Shown here: piece after piece, positions 24,967-39,800 of the stretch
Numbering within the stretch: position 1 is the first letter of the stretch
Layout: each line of letters starts with the position of its first letter
Source of the DNA: Galemys pyrenaicus
Taxonomy: Eukaryota
Assembly: GCA_019455555.1 (NCBI GenBank)
Contig: JAGFMF010011380.1
Span: 14,974,053-15,038,052, forward strand
DNA: 64,000 nt
Reading direction: 5' to 3'
Translations under genes and position numbers: made by a program
Notes under the pieces: model-generated
The model's database searches: none
Told to the model about the DNA's origin: nothing
What the model saw: only the letters and a program-made list of their open reading frames with translations

Positions 24967-27810
24967 TGTTTATAATCTTTAAGATCTATGAACGGATGAC
25001 ATTTTCCTTAGATTGAATGAAATTACAAATCTTATAATATGAGTATTTTTTCTGTTACTTGAACAATGTGAAGACTGCTTGTCATAACCAGTGTCTTGTC
25101 ATTTTTAATGTTAAATAATTTAGCAATATTTAATATGCTTTACTGGTTTCCTGTGGTTGCTTTATTTACAGTTTCTTGATGTGTGGACCCTGGATCCAGC
25201 TTTGTGCAAAGTACACCAACCTTTAGTTCTCATGGTATTTGTATTCTACATAGAAGAACAAAGAGTTGAAATATCCTATCATGTAGTCGTAAAAACAGAG
25301 ACAATGACAACTGCTATTTTAGACTAGGGACCAAAACAGGATATCCTGTTTTGGTAAGATGAGTTGTGAAGAATTAAGTGTATACAGTTAAGTCTTTTGG
25401 AGCTGTGCTATTCAATATGTTGGTCACATACAGCTTTGTGTCTGGAATGGGATTAATAAAATTTTAACTAGAAATTTTATTATTAAATTTCAGTAATGTG
25501 TATTTGGTGTGCCTTGAGTATTTGGTTCTATTTTTGGATCTTTTGTAATAAAATGTAAATATAGATAAGGATTGATATGTGAAATAGACAAAAAAATTGC
25601 TATGACTTTGTATGAAGAATGTAAAAAACTTCATTTATATGACTACGTGTTGAAATAATATTTTGAATATGTTGGGTTACGTAAAATACACTGTTAAGCT
25701 AATTTCACCTGTTGCTTTTTCCCCAAATTAAGATAACTTCTAGAATATTTGCAGTTTCATTTGTGGTTTTCATTTATTCATTTATTTAAATTTTGTACCT
25801 TGCTGGAGTGGTAGCATCAGATTTTTATCTTACAGACTCTCATCTGATGTGTAACAATGTATTTAGTTTACTTATATTAAAATTAAGAATTTGACATTGA
25901 ACATTAAAGTTTGTTAGGTGTTCAGTCACCATTAGACGTCAGAGTGAGATAGAATTTCTGTAATATATTTACTTGGTTTTATGAGAAGTGCAAGAAAACA
26001 GATTGAGCACTTTTCAGTAAATATCTTGTGTAAGTTATCATTTAAATTTTACTCCTTTTACTTTTGTCTCTGTTTTGGTGTTTATTAGTACTTGCTATTC
26101 TTTCCATGAAATAACTAAGCACAAACTATGTAACTTCTGACAAATTTTTGTTGTCATACAAGCTTGTGACTTTGAGTTCATTTATTTGTTTACTTCATTA
26201 CATTCAGAATGTCAACTGTTAAAGAATAGCAGTCTTCTCATTTAGTACTTTGTCCTTAGCTTCTAACAATTCCTTATTAAGTGTTTATTTAGTGAATAAA
26301 TGACACCAGCTGTTGGGCAAACATGGTATTTACTAATGAAAGCATAAAAATTAACAGATGTGCTTTTGGGATTTTGAATTTACTGGGTCTGTGGTGCTCT
26401 ATGCAAATTGTAAACCTAGAAGTAAATATCTGTTGGAAAGATTTTATTGAGATAACTTTTAAGCAATTCTTAAAGGTGAGTGTTTGCTAGTTATAGACAT
26501 TTTTGGAGAAATGGTTTTGGGATGATGTGATGGTGTGGTCAGATGGCCAATAACAGTGTCAATAAAGGAAAAAAGTGAGCAATTAGTAATGAGCTTTTTG
26601 GGGGAAGAGGGTAAGAGTCGAGATGGGGAAAAGTATAGATCAAATTGTGATCCAACTTAAGGAGTTCTGACTTCTACCTTTTAGGTGAGTAGAAGTCAGG
26701 ACAATTCTTTTATTTTTGAGTGAATCAGGAATAGATAGTAGAGAGACTGCATTGGTATTGATCCTCCCCCACCACACAAATGGACTGAAAAAGGTATTAA
26801 GTAATACCCAGTATTCAGATTTCCAGACCTGAGTTATTCAGAAGTAGAGTGAATTTATCATTCTAGTGTATTGGTGGGAGGGAGAGATGCAAAATGATCT
26901 AGGAACTTCTATTATGAATGATGATGTCCTTATACAGTCCATGGAATTTTTGAACATTTTGTGTTTGAATACTTGTGCTATTTGTTGGTATCTTAAATAC
27001 TAGAAAAACTACCTGGTAAATGCATTATTTCTGAAGGTGTTATCATTTATTACGGGAAGTTTTTACAATATTCACTTGTCCTGCTTTTACTTTTGTTTTT
27101 ATAATTTTTTTTCCATGTAATATCTTCCAAATGTGACTTAGTGTGTGGTCCTTCTTCAAATAGTTATATTGTAAATTTTTTTTGGATGAATTTTTTTAGA
27201 TTTTTTTATACTTTAGACCACACAGCTTAATTTATCTTGTCTTTGTTTTCTACTCTTCCAACCTCATCTATCTTCCATCCTTAGCTCACTGAAACACTAA
27301 ATTGGTTTCTTTGTCTTTCAGATGTTTGTATGTCTCTTAAGAGCCTTTCTCCATAGTCTTTGACATCAACTCTTTTCTCATTCATGTAACTTTGTCAGTA
27401 TATGATACTTTTTTGCTTGTTTCTACATTTTATTCATCTTAAATGTTTCAAGTGACATCGCATGATATTTGACCCTCAGTATTTCTTAGATCATTCTGAG
27501 GGAGAAATTTCAGAGAAAAATACAGAGTAATGGCATAGAATAATTTTCAATGCCAGTTAATAGTATGTAGATTAGAATTCCAATAAAGCAGGAATTCATT
27601 TCAATAAATTGTTGAGCATTTTTGTTTTGATCTATACATATAATAGTATAAAAAATTGTGTTTCTTTAAGTTTTTTGAAGTCTATTAGGTGGCAAGAAAA
27701 ATAATGGGACAAAGTGATGTGTTGGAGGGTCAGAGAAAGGGAGTGCCTGCAGAGAATTTGAGTGACTAGCATAGTTTGTAACAGAGCTTAGTAGATATGA
27801 ACCGTATCTT

Positions 27811-27836
27811 AAAAACAAAAACAAAAACAAAAAACA
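27811..27836. repeat. (AAAAC)n microsatellite
   Basis: aaaaacaaaaacaaaaacaaaaaaca. Confidence 0.8.
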
Positions 27837-28889
27837 ACCTTCAGAAGAGAGGGAAGGAAACAATGAGAGCTATAAAGGAAGTAATGTAGGATAGATTGGT
27901 GGCAGTCAAGATCTCATTCTCTGGGATGGAGATTAGATGAAATAGTATGGAAGAAAACAAATTTCTTACAATTGAGGTAATATTTAAAACGGTTATAGTA
28001 TATGCTTTGTGTATTTATATCAAATACTGTGGTGTTTTATGTTGGTGGAACCCCAAGTTTTCAGGAAACCAGAATTGTAAGTTTTTAAAGGACTGCCTAA
28101 AGTGTCCCAAGTCTTACTCATGCCTCTCCAGGGGAGTAACTTTTTTTAATTGAGTGTAAATGAATGCTGTTCATTTTTAAAGTTTACCCCTTGCATTATT
28201 TCTTATTGTGGTATACACTAAGGAAAAGATTAGAGGCATCAAAAGGAAAACAGGTTGACTGTTAAGGGCAACTCATCAGGAATTAAACAGAAAGCTATTC
28301 TGGGAAACATCCATCAACATCAATACATTGTTGGTGTTTATCCATATATACACTTTATTTTTTTCATATTTATACTTAAATGTGATCATATACAGACACT
28401 AAAAGCCTAATTCTTGTAGTTCTTAAAGTGATTGAACTTTATGAAATGACAAAATGGTTAGGATTTCAAGAGAAATAGTTCAGTACAGCATTTACATTAT
28501 GAAGTTCCCCAATCCTCCCCCACTGTCTTTGAGATATAAGTTGGGTATTGTACCAAAAAGAGAATAAAAAAGTATTTTGTGCAAATATTACAAGTTTTAA
28601 GTAATATTTCTCTTGGCATTTTATATTAATAGTTCCTACTTAAAAGTAGTAATCTAATACTCTAAAGGATTACTAATGGGAGATTTTTTAAGGGGTTTAA
28701 AATTATTTGTAAAATAGACATTCGTTGCTTTCTGGATTTACATTTTTATGGTGATTTACATCAACATTTTGTATTGGTGCATTTGGTAAATAATACTAGG
28801 TACATTCTTTCGAGTATTCTGTTGTATATATTCTATAGTAAATGCAAATATTTTTATGTTAGAAAGAATGGGAATGTTGCCAGATATGG

Positions 28890-29400
28890 TGATCTCCAAG
28901 AAAGAATTTCCTGTTATGATATTTCTTTTCTACTTGACCTCAGAACTGTTGAAAGTTGGGAGATTAATGTACATTGCAATGCTTGAAAAAGAAATTGAGT
29001 CCTTTTTTAGTCCATGGTGTAATTTTTAATCAATAATCAATGATAAATATCTTCTCATTGTTTTGGAGCACAAATATAAGGAATCAAGTAAGCCAAAAAA
29101 ATTTTTAAGGTAGATTTTGGGGTACATTTTTGCTCCTTCATATCTGCACATGTTCCAGTCACCTTTACCAGTCCACCTGTACTAGAACCCCAAATTGTTT
29201 CTATTAGTAGGCCAAAGTTAATATTTTTATATGTGTAGCTAATAAATAGCGTGTGAATATAAATATATTTTAAGACATTTACTAGGGCCATAGGTAAATT
29301 TTATTTAAAAGTGTGGAAAGAGAATTGGTTTTTAACATCATTAACAGTTTGAATTATTTTGTATATTATTTGAATCAGTTTTTCCTTCAGCATTCAGTAT
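28890..29400 (+). repeat. Copy A of an unclassified ~500-bp dispersed repeat
   Basis: About 70-75% identical over about 450-500 bp to 30440-30905. Examples: tacttgacctcagaactg..gttgg.agattaatgta.attg, aagccaaaaa.tttt … tttttgctccttcatat.tg.ac, gtgtgaat.ta.atat … agaattggtttttaacatca. Confidence 0.6.
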
Positions 29401-30439
29401 CTTTATTTCCTTAATTTTCTTTGTTATTCTATTTTTAGCTCCCTTTTTTGTATGTGTTCCCACTGGACCTTTTTCTGTCCCAATCTGAGCTGCTGCTTGT
29501 CTTAAACAGCTACAGCAAAACCATACCTCTTAGAACTCCATCATTATTCTGGATTGAGTGTGTTCTTGACTACAATGTCATTTTTTCAACATTGAGAGAG
29601 TTCGTTTTGACAGTTAACTATAATTCTGTGTATCTTTCAGTTGTTAGTATCTTTTTGGATTGTGTGTGAGCACATATCTCTACTTATTATAGGTACTGAT
29701 GTAGGGGTATTACAATGACTATTACCTATTTTTAATATATCACATCCTTAAAAATAATTTGGGTATTAAAATGTTAAAAATTACATGTTTTGTTGCCATA
29801 TGATACTTGGATCTGTGTTAACACTGTATTTGGTCAATAAAATACATTTTTCTTAAGTGTACATCACCCCAAATGGATTGTAAGGGATTTATATATCATT
29901 GTTATACTTTAGAAGAGACTAGTTTAGATGACAGTAGAAGTGGTCATACAGACTTAAGATGACTAAATCTGCAATAGGTATGAGTGACATAGTCTATCAC
30001 CAACCAGGGTTTTATGCCATTGAAAATTAAGGCAACCAATGTGGAGTCAATAGAATAGGCTCCTCCTGTTCTTCAGCAACTCCGACTAGTGGTAGAAATT
30101 AGAATATAACACCATCGTAATAAAATAGAAAAGCCCAAAGAAAAAAATGAAAGGATGGGCAAGCATAATTGGGGGTAGTAGCTCTAAAAAACCTACTTGA
30201 AACTTGTATTATATTTTCATGAATTGGAGGTAAAAGAAAAAAGGCACATGAATATAAAGTAAGTTCTTTGGGTCTTGTTACCAATAAAGAATGTTTTTTG
30301 GACTATCACATGATAAGTTATTTAGTATTCTATTACCTATTTTAAATTACCTGCTATGTAACAGCTCAGTAGTATTGCTATGTCTACTTTGGTGACTGAC
30401 ACATTATACATGAAACCTTACTCAAAATTAAGTGTTAGG

Positions 30440-30905
30440 GAAGGACTTGCTGGTTTGCCATTTCTTCTTTACTTGACCTCAGAACTGGCGGAAGTTGGAA
30501 GATTAATGTATATTGAAACATTTGGAAAGGACTTAAATATTTTTCTAGTTTATGGTATAATTTTGGTTAAACACTTTACAGTGACGTATCTAACTTTGGT
30601 TAGTAAAGAAAGCACAAATAAGTGAAATCAAATAAGCCAAAAATTTTTACTTTTGGGCATTAACATTTTTGCTCCTTCATATGTGTACGCTACACTCACC
30701 CTCCACCAAAACACCTGTACCAATATGTCATCTTCTTCCCTTCCCTAGTTAGCCATGATACAGTTTTTCTACATAGCTAATACATAGTGTGTGAATGTAG
30801 ATATTTTTACTTGAGAGTGTGGGAAAAGAATTGGTTTTTAACATCACTGGTTACCAGTTTCAACTATTTTATATACTTGGCATAAATTTTTCCTCCTACA
30901 CTTTA
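30440..30905 (+). repeat. Copy B of the same unclassified dispersed repeat
   Basis: It pairs with 28890-29400 in direct orientation, about 1.05 kb apart. Confidence 0.6.
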
Positions 30906-31165
30906 AAATCAAAAGGGAGTGTGTCCAAGGATTTGGGGAGCTAGAAGTTTCCGAGTATCAACTTCAAGGTGAGCTATATTTTGTTTTGGGGCATGGCTGC
31001 TATTGTAGAATGCCCACTATGAATAATGGTTAGGATGTTGGTGAATGACCTTGAAGCTTGTCGTTACCCACACGAAGCTAGTCAGTACTAGCCAGAAGAT
31101 ACTAGTTTATGATAAAGAATCATCTGGAGCTTTTGGGCAACAGTAATAGCAGTTGTATTCTTCTA

Positions 31166-31404
31166 CATTTATTAAAGATTCATTTATGCATATAAAAGCT
31201 GAGGTGTAGGCCAGAGGTGAGAGGATTACCAGAGGCAGAGTGGAGAGCGGAACAGGCAGATTGACTAAAATACACTGCTGAGGGGAGCAGCAGGTGAGGC
31301 AGGTGTTGGCGCCATGTGAATTAGCTCCCTGGCCGGTGATTGAACTCATGCTGCAGTGGCTTCATAGTGCTGAGACTTAATTATTTGTGCCACGAGGCAG
31401 GCCC
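31166..31404 (-). mobile_element. tRNA-derived SINE copy, diverged
   Basis: ttattaaagattcatttatgcatataaaagctgaggtgtaggccagagg … gtgccacgaggcaggccc. Confidence 0.65.
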
Positions 31405-33180
31405 TGATAGTGTCATATTGACTCAGAAAGGTAACTTACAGATGGTGGGAAGGGTGGATTCATTAGTGACACAGATTGACAAAACCAACTGAGATATGAT
31501 GGTAGGATTGGAGAAAAGAAATCAAAACATGAATTAAAAAATGGGTCAGCAATTGGAATATGAATATGGAGGGACTTTATATGAAAGAAATGTAGCAAGA
31601 TTACTGATTTAACCAAATGGCAGATAATTTTGATACTACCAGCGTCCTAGAATAGTAGGGTCAGGATGAAGACTTACACAGTTTTAGTGTCTTGTGACTT
31701 CAAGAAAGTATCCAGCACATAAAATCCTGAGTCTTTTTAAAAGAGTTCTTAGCGGAAGATTGTCACCAGCAGTGTAATCAATAATGGATAAATGTTTGAT
31801 ACAGTTCACCATTGCAAAATAGATTTAGGTTAGGATATGAGATCCTTTCAACATCTGTAGTTGGGGTGACTTAGTAAGACCTTGAGGACTTGATAAGTAT
31901 CTTGCTAAAATACAATTTAGCCTTATTCCATAGGACTATTACACAGCTTAGTTACAGAAACAGCCATGTTAAGTGGGAATTTATTAAACATTCATTGTAT
32001 TTGTACTTGGTCAGTGACCCTAGCAGTAAAGATGGAAACCAGAGATAGATGAACACTTATTCTGTCTTCTTAAAAGTTACCTCTATAGACCTTGCAGCCA
32101 TCAATCAAAATCTTTGAGATTTAGATATAATCCTTAGAAAAGCATTAGCACCTAATAAAAGTAAGCTGACTTTCAAATGCTATTGGTTTATGAACTAAAA
32201 ATATTCTTGAAATATAACAAAATGAAATTTTTGGTATATGTATGAAAATAAGCCTAATGTTATTGCCCAGTCAGCCAGCTTTTAAATCCAGGGCAATCAT
32301 TGTTAGTAATTTCTTGTATATTCTTCCAGAAGTTTCTATACATTCACAGGCATGTATGTATACACTCCAAATATGTATGCAAGTATTTTATATGTATTCA
32401 CATTGTATTTTATAATTTATTTCCTCACAGAATTCTGTTTTGGAGATACTTATATGCATATGAGAATTCTTCTGTTTACAACTTTTGGTTTGATCTTGTG
32501 AGATACAAACCAAATTTTTTTTGGCCATTAATTGGTATTTATCTTTTTCCCATAATATATTTTTGGACATGTGTTATTGAACATATGTAAGAATCTATTA
32601 GACAAAATTTCTACTAGTTGAATGGCTTACTGTGTATGATGTGGGTTTTTAAGGTTTTTTTTCCTTGATGCTGTTTATCTTAATTATGGATATTGAAAAT
32701 TTAGCTTTATTCCCTGAAATAAGTAAAGATGTTGATAAAGTCTTAAAGTATTATTATTAGTAATAGTAAAAACTTAGGAATAGAATTTATGATTGATCTT
32801 GGGAGAGCTTTGAAAGTCTAAAGTTGGCTAACAATTACAACAAGAAATCTAAAGACTTGTGGTTTAAACATTGCATCAAATTAGATTAGTACACATTACA
32901 TAAAGTAGATGTTCATTAAATAAACTATTAATGTCTAATAAATTATGCTTTCAAATGAAATGGTAAACATTAAAATTTGGTTTACAAGAAGTTTTACACT
33001 GAGTGGCTTAATGTTATTTTGTGATAGAGTAAGAGGGCATTAGACTCCCAAATCAGATCTCTCTCATTTAAAAAATTTGTATGTTATGCAGAGGAAAGGG
33101 GCATTATCAGCATTGCTGTGCCCAAATACCCAGGTAGTTTTAGCTAGGATGAACAGTAGTTACTCTGCTAGAAGAATTTT

Positions 33181-33442
33181 TTTTTTTAGAGATTTATTTA
33201 CGCATACAGGAACTGGAATACAGGCTTAAGGTGCAGGTGTAAGGGTTGAAAGGATTCATCAGAGACAGTGGGGAGCAGAACAATGGATCTACTGAAATAT
33301 ACTGCTAAGGGGAGCAGCGGGCCAAGCAGAGGTCTGCTGTGCCATGTGGGTCACCTCTCTGGCTGGGGAAAGAATTTGTGCTGCAGTGGCTGGGGATACC
33401 TCATAGTGGGGTGCTTAACCCCTTGCACCACCAGGGAGGCCC
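33181..33442 (-). mobile_element. tRNA-derived SINE copy
   Basis: 12-bp TSD tagaagaatttt at 33169-33180 and 33449-33460. Confidence 0.8.
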
Positions 33443-33614
33443 ATCTATTAGAAGAATTTTAATCTCTGGTGTACATACTACAAATTGACATTTTGTATTA
33501 TTTGCAAGTATTTCAGGGGGTGGGCAATTGGACATATATGCATATAAACCAAAATTGTGGAAGCCCTAAGCTGTATTTTAGCTTCATGGAATTTAACAAT
33601 TAAGATCCACTTTA

Positions 33615-33884
33615 CTGGACCTCCTTGGTGTTGCAGTGGGTTGGGCAACGCACTGTGAAGCAAACCACAGCCACTGCAGCAAGAGTTCGATCCCTGCTTT
33701 CGGCCAGGGAGGGGGACCCACATGGTGTAGCAGACCTCTCTTGCCACACCCGCTGCTCTCCTCAGCGGTGTGTTTGGTTGGTCTGCCTGATCTGCTCCCC
33801 TCTCTGTCTCTTGTGAATCCTCTCACCTCCTATGACTTTAGCCTATACCCCAGCTCTTGTATGCGTAAATAAATCTTTTAAAAA
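33615..33884 (+). mobile_element. tRNA-derived SINE copy, + orientation
   Basis: 10-bp TSD atccacttta at 33605-33614 and 33885-33894. It lies tail-to-tail with the minus-strand copy 170 bp upstream. Confidence 0.8.
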
Positions 33885-35471
33885 ATCCACTTTATTACCA
33901 GAAAATTGGAAATAAATAAATATTGTGAGTCATTACTCTATGCGTTACTTGAAGACTTCATAACAAAATTAAATTGTTTTTAAATTAAAAACTGTTTTAA
34001 GATTCTAACCTTAAACAATTTTCTTTATTCAAGGAATGAGTGCAGTTTACTATTTGAGAAATAAAAATCTCTTTGATCAGGGCTCTTTTATTACACTTCA
34101 TGATTTGATTGTAATTGTGAAATATTCTCTCTAAGGTATAACTAGAATATAGACATTTTTTGTTTCATGAGATATTGTACAATAATTACTAGATTTACTA
34201 AGAAAGATTTATTGAGCACATACTAGACACAGCTGGGTATACATATTACTGTGGTTGAGGGAAACGTCATTCTAGCTAGGATGGCCAGGGGAGGCCTCTC
34301 TGAAGAGACATTTTAGCTGATACCTTATGCTCAAAAGTATGCTTAAGAGGTGAAGGTGAGGAATTTTTATTTGAAGGAGGGAAGAGGGAAATATTGATTG
34401 TGGCCTGAATTTTGCAAACAAGCCAAGAGTGTTTCTCAGACCATTTTTTGTTATTATTTTTGCAGAAACTTTCTTAGACTTTATTTTGCTAATTGTACCT
34501 ACAATTAAATTTTAAACCACATACTTTATACATAAACAGAGATTTTTGTTCTGCCTTGTTCCCACCTCTTATTTCCTCTCTCTGTTGAGGGTAGGGAAAT
34601 TACTATCTCACGGAGAATACAAAATACAGAACAGTGAATGCCATGGTAAATAAGACTTTTTACTTGATAGAATGAAAATTGAAAGGCTTGGTCCAGGTAG
34701 TGATGTAATGTGGTTTTCTTATGTTTTAAAAAATAATTTTAGCTACTTAGGGAGAATTTACTGAAGGAGAGCGATAATGAGAGCAGACAAACCATTTAGA
34801 TAAGTAAGGAATGATGGAAGGTGATGGGGGCTACATAATCTACAAAAGATTACTGTTGAGGATATAGATACAAAGTGGTGGAGAGAGAAATAGAATAAAG
34901 TGAATATTAATAGTCATAAATGTTTATATATAATGATGACTGAGGGGAAATGTCCCACCAGACACAAAGAGAGGTCTGTGGAACCCTCTGAATGATGGGA
35001 AGGAAGTGCCCTGGGAGATGAAAAATGTCTGGTTTTTAACTTTTCAGTATTTGGCTATAGGTAGATGATCACAAAAGAAAATAATCTAGAATGGTTGAAA
35101 TGCCCGATTTAGTTCAATCTTTAATTTTCTCTTACTAGGAATGTGTCCCTCTTCAATATTTTGTTCAGTGTATTCTAAACTTTTTGCTGGAGAATCTAAT
35201 TCAAAGCTTCTTATTCTCCTACAGTGCTAGTGATTATGCACTAGTAAGAATATTTTCCATTAAATTCTAATTGTTTCTATAAGAAATAATTCTTACATAG
35301 TTCATGGGCCCTCTTACATTCTTATATATAAGAATCCCTCTTTGATGTTGAGGGATGCTCTTATTAATTCCCTAAAGAATAGTGTCTGTAATACAGCTGC
35401 TTACTGCAGCTTTGTTATATCTGTGACAGTTTATTCAGGGTCACTCTAGAGACTTTATTTTTCATAATAGA

Positions 35472-35690
35472 ATTGGGATGCGGGTCAGAAGTGCCGGGTG
35501 GGGGGTGGTGGAAGGATTCACCAGAGACAGAGAAGAGGGCAGAAGAGGCAGATCAACTGAAATACACTTCTAAGGGGAGCAGCAGGTGAGACAGGAGAGG
35601 TCTGCTGTGCCATATGTGGGTTAACTCCCTGGCTGGGTTTCAAACTCAGGCCTTTCTGGTGGTAGCACTGAGAGAGCCCTCAGGCTGAGG
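35472..35690 (-). mobile_element. tRNA-derived SINE copy, diverged and partial (gatcaactgaaatacac variant)
   Basis: aattgggatgcgggtcagaagtg … ggattcaccagagacagag … tctgctgtgccatatgtggg. Confidence 0.55.
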
Positions 35691-37004
35691 ATTCTTTATA
35701 ACACACAGATGCCTCAAAGTTGAGGGTAATCAATACAAAACTATTGGTAATGTGTTAATGAGCCATGATGGGAAACAACATAGATGTTATGAAAATGGGA
35801 AGTAACACAGATGTTGTAAAAAAGGAACTGCAGTATAATCTAAGGTTCACATTCCATTTAGAAGATCCCTGTTATGTCTTGGCTAGTCTTTAATTTTGTC
35901 CTGATTATTCTCAGCTTTGAGGCATATCTGTGTGGCTTAAAGAAGCCTTTTTTTTATTCTACTCCAGTGTGACCCTGGAAGAACTGTTCACAGACTCAAC
36001 AAAGATAGTTAAGTGCCTCTACTAGAGATCGTATGCCTTAGGGAATTCTCATTAGTATCCTTGAATATCTCAGAATGTCTACAAATTATATATTAGATAA
36101 GAATTATTGTAGACACAACTTAATGCAGATTCTCTAGCTTTGCTTGGGAAATGTAACATTTATAAATGAGGCAGCACACTTTGAGAAGTGAGATTTATTT
36201 TTTTAATGCCTTATTGTGTTTTCTGTTCATCTGATTTGTACAGTATAAATTTCTCAAACCCAGTACCATAACTCAGCCATAAATGGGAATTTTTTTTACA
36301 TTTAAAAATTCTTAGTTTCTCTTGTGGACTTTCCAAACCTTTTTAAAATAAGGTGTATTTGCATTTTGTGTTCCGGACAAATTTAAGCAGTAACATGAAA
36401 CAGTGCACATTATACTTGTTTGATGTTTTGAGTAATTTCTCCCCAAAACATATAATTTACTGGTATTGTAGAATCTAGTGGAATGTTTTTCCTAGTAAAT
36501 TGATTTATATGCTATCTTCAAACGTTGCTACATGAAATAGCAACTTCAACATTTGCTGTTTTTAAGTGGTTTTAAGCATATGATAAAAACATAAACTTAC
36601 CATTTGGTAATTCATTTCCAGTGCCTTTTTATTACATATGAACATAGTTGACATTAAATAACCAGGATCCTTGAATGTGGCAATAATCCGCTCGCTATAT
36701 TAAGCTTTTAAAGAAAGAGGCTATCCAGGTAAGTTAATAGTAATTATCTATTATGAAATTTAAAACAATTTATTATTTTTTTAAAAATTTAACCATGCAT
36801 ACTGTAATCAAGTATAAGTTGCCTAGATTTTTTTTTTTTTTTTGAAGCTGCTGGGGTAGAGGGAACTTGAGGATTCTTGTATGATCATAGGTAATGCTGC
36901 CTTCTTTAAGTTTAAATTTTAGGTATTTGGGAATAAAATTAAGTTTGAAAAGTCTCAGTGATATCTTTTACTCCTAAGCCTTTCTTTTTTTTTTCTTTTT
37001 GACT

Positions 37005-37240
37005 TAGTGGAACTGTGATGTAGGCCAGAAGTGGGGGTTGGGGGGGGTGAGAGGATTCTCCAGAGACAGAATGGGGAGCAGAACATGTTGATTTACCAGA
37101 ATATACTGCTAAGGGGAGTAGCAGGTGAGACAGAAAGGGTCTGCTGCTCCATATGTGCGTTAGCTCCCTGGACAGGGATCAAAGTCACCCTAGTGGTGAT
37201 TGCATTGAAACTTAATCCATAGGCCACCAGGGAGCTCCCC
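37005..37240 (-). mobile_element. tRNA-derived SINE copy, older subfamily, tail-truncated
   Basis: gtggaactgtgatgtaggccagaagtggggg … ccataggccaccagggagctccc. Confidence 0.65.
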
Positions 37241-39524
37241 CTCCTCCCAACCAGCTGTTCTTATTTCATCACAGTTGCATTTCAGATATGGCATGTATGT
37301 GTGTGGGCACTGGAAATTTTAGAAGTTATTAATTGTATTTGAGAGGGAAAAAATTGTGGTTTTATGTTCTTGCTGAACCTTACACTTCTTTGATAACTAC
37401 AGTGACTTACTTTTTGACCTTTAGAGAAAAATATGGTATATATTTGGAATACTTACTGGAAAAATCTAGTCCTTAATTAAAGCTGAAAAATATAAAAGTG
37501 CCTTGTGGTTGAAAAGGTTTTTCTTCAGTGTTTTTTCTTTTTAATAGATTTCATTGTTATTTAATGTTCTAAATAATTCTTACCTATTTACTTGAATATG
37601 ATCTTTTTTATGTACTTAATGTTGCGTTGCTACATGAACTTAATTTTCTTCATACTCTTTAGCTGTGAAACTTAAAAATCCTAGTTTTTAAAAAAATTTG
37701 GATTAGTCTAATCACTGGTGCAAAATTTCTGTCAATTTGTTTGGTTTGACAGCCTCAGTTTTAATAAAATTAGCTCTTTAAAAGTGCCTCTCTAGTCAGT
37801 TATCCTACATCAGAAGTAACCACTATTCTATTTTGATCACCATAGAGGAGTTTTACCTGTTTTTGAACTTCATATAAATGGAACCTTACATTGTAAACTC
37901 TTTGCCTTTGGTTTCTTTTGCTCTAAAGATATTTTGAATCGCATCTATGTTGTTGTATGTACCATTAAATATGCCAGACTTTATCTACTCTCCTATTAAT
38001 ATACTGTTGGCGTACTTTCTAATTTGGGGTTATCATAAATAAACTTGTGAATATTCTTGTACATCATTTACTTATTTATTAGTAAATTTTTCTTTGGGAA
38101 AATATCCGGGAGTAGAATTGCTCAGTGTAGGTTATGGTACTTGTTTCTTAGAAACTTGCCAGTTTCCATCCTACTTTATACTTTTATGAGCAGTTACTAG
38201 ATTTCTGTTGAACTATATCCTTGTTAACAGTCAATATAGTCAGTCATGTTAATTTTGGATGTCATAGTGAGTGTGTGGAGGTTTCTCATTGTGGTTTAAC
38301 TTATATTTTCCTAGTAACTGTCTTCCCCTTTTCATATGCTTTTTGGTCATTCAAGTATTTCTTTTGTGACAGGCTTTTATGCTCTCTCACTGCTATTAAT
38401 GACTTGTGATTTCATTCCTGTCTGATGCTTAACTCATTCATCCCTGTATAACCTATAATGTAAAAAAAAATGTTGAAAAAGGAATTTTGATATTAGAATA
38501 CTGGAAAACCCAGTTGATGTTAAGAATCCAGATATAATTTTTCTTCTTGAGATATATCAACTCAATTATATAATCTTTGTTTATGACATCTAGTGTGTTA
38601 ACTTGGGTAGGAGATATAAAGTTATCATTAAAAAATCAAAGCCTTATTTACTATTTTTGTTTGTTGCAGATTTTGAACCCGAGATGTGAAAGTTAACATG
38701 GTTCAGAGAAAATTTTAATATTTCTCTAACTTCCAAATTAATTGTTCAGTATATTGAAATTATATTCTCATATGTTATATCATTTGTTCATCTGTTAAAA
38801 AATTTATTGCATCAAAAAGCAGGATGAACTCATGGATATATTGTGAAGTGCTTTTGTTTTTGTTAGAGTTTTTACTTGCTTGGGCATTTTCAATTTTCAT
38901 TAGTAGCTTTTGAATTTTTGTATATACATACAAATTTCCCTATGTTCTTTGAAGGTAGGGTGGGCCTTTGTTGCATAAAGAGAATTTACTAGTTGGCACG
39001 GAAATAAAATTACTTCAGTAAAGAATATTTGACATTTTGACTTTCAAATTATGTCTATATAGATAGCATTTATTTATTTAGCAGTTAATCAGATTTAGTT
39101 TTGAATACTATTCTATTGAAGATGATACTTAGTTAACACGGAGCTTGTTTCTTCCCTCCCCTGCTCCCTACCATAACTACAAATTTCAGAATATGTTCTC
39201 AGAAGGAAAGCCCTGCTATTTAGTAACAAACATGCTAATTGAGGTTGATTTCTTTGATTTGATAACACCCACAGCGGTCTGCTCCAGAGAAAATCATTAC
39301 CTACTTATAGGTTCATTTCTTACAAGGCATTTTTTAATATGTACCATATTAAAATCCTGCTTGTTGGGTTTTTACAGTTCATATATTGTAATGTAATTGT
39401 AGAGTACAAAGCTGCCAATAACATCACTTCCACACTTGAATTAAGAATGTACTTCTGTTATTTATATGTTATATAAATATAATAGATGACAGATTTGTGG
39501 ACTCTGAAGAAAAGATACCTTTTT

Positions 39525-39800
39525 TTTTTTAAAGATTTTATCTATTTATGCATATAAGAGCTGAGGTACAGGCCAGAGTCCAGAGAGGTGAGAGGATTCA
39601 TCAGAGTCAGAGCCAGGAACAGAACAGGCAGACTGACTGAAACACACTGCTGAGGGGAGCAGCAGTCAAGGCAGGAGAGGTCTGCTACACCATGTGGGTC
39701 CCCTCCTGGCTGGCGGCAGGGATCGAACTGGTGCTCCAGTGGCTGCTTTGCTTCACCTTCTGAGTGAGTTGCTTAACCCACTACGCCACCAGGGAGGCCT
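39525..39800 (-). mobile_element. tRNA-derived SINE copy, full length
   Basis: TSD gatacctttt flanks both sides. Confidence 0.8.
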
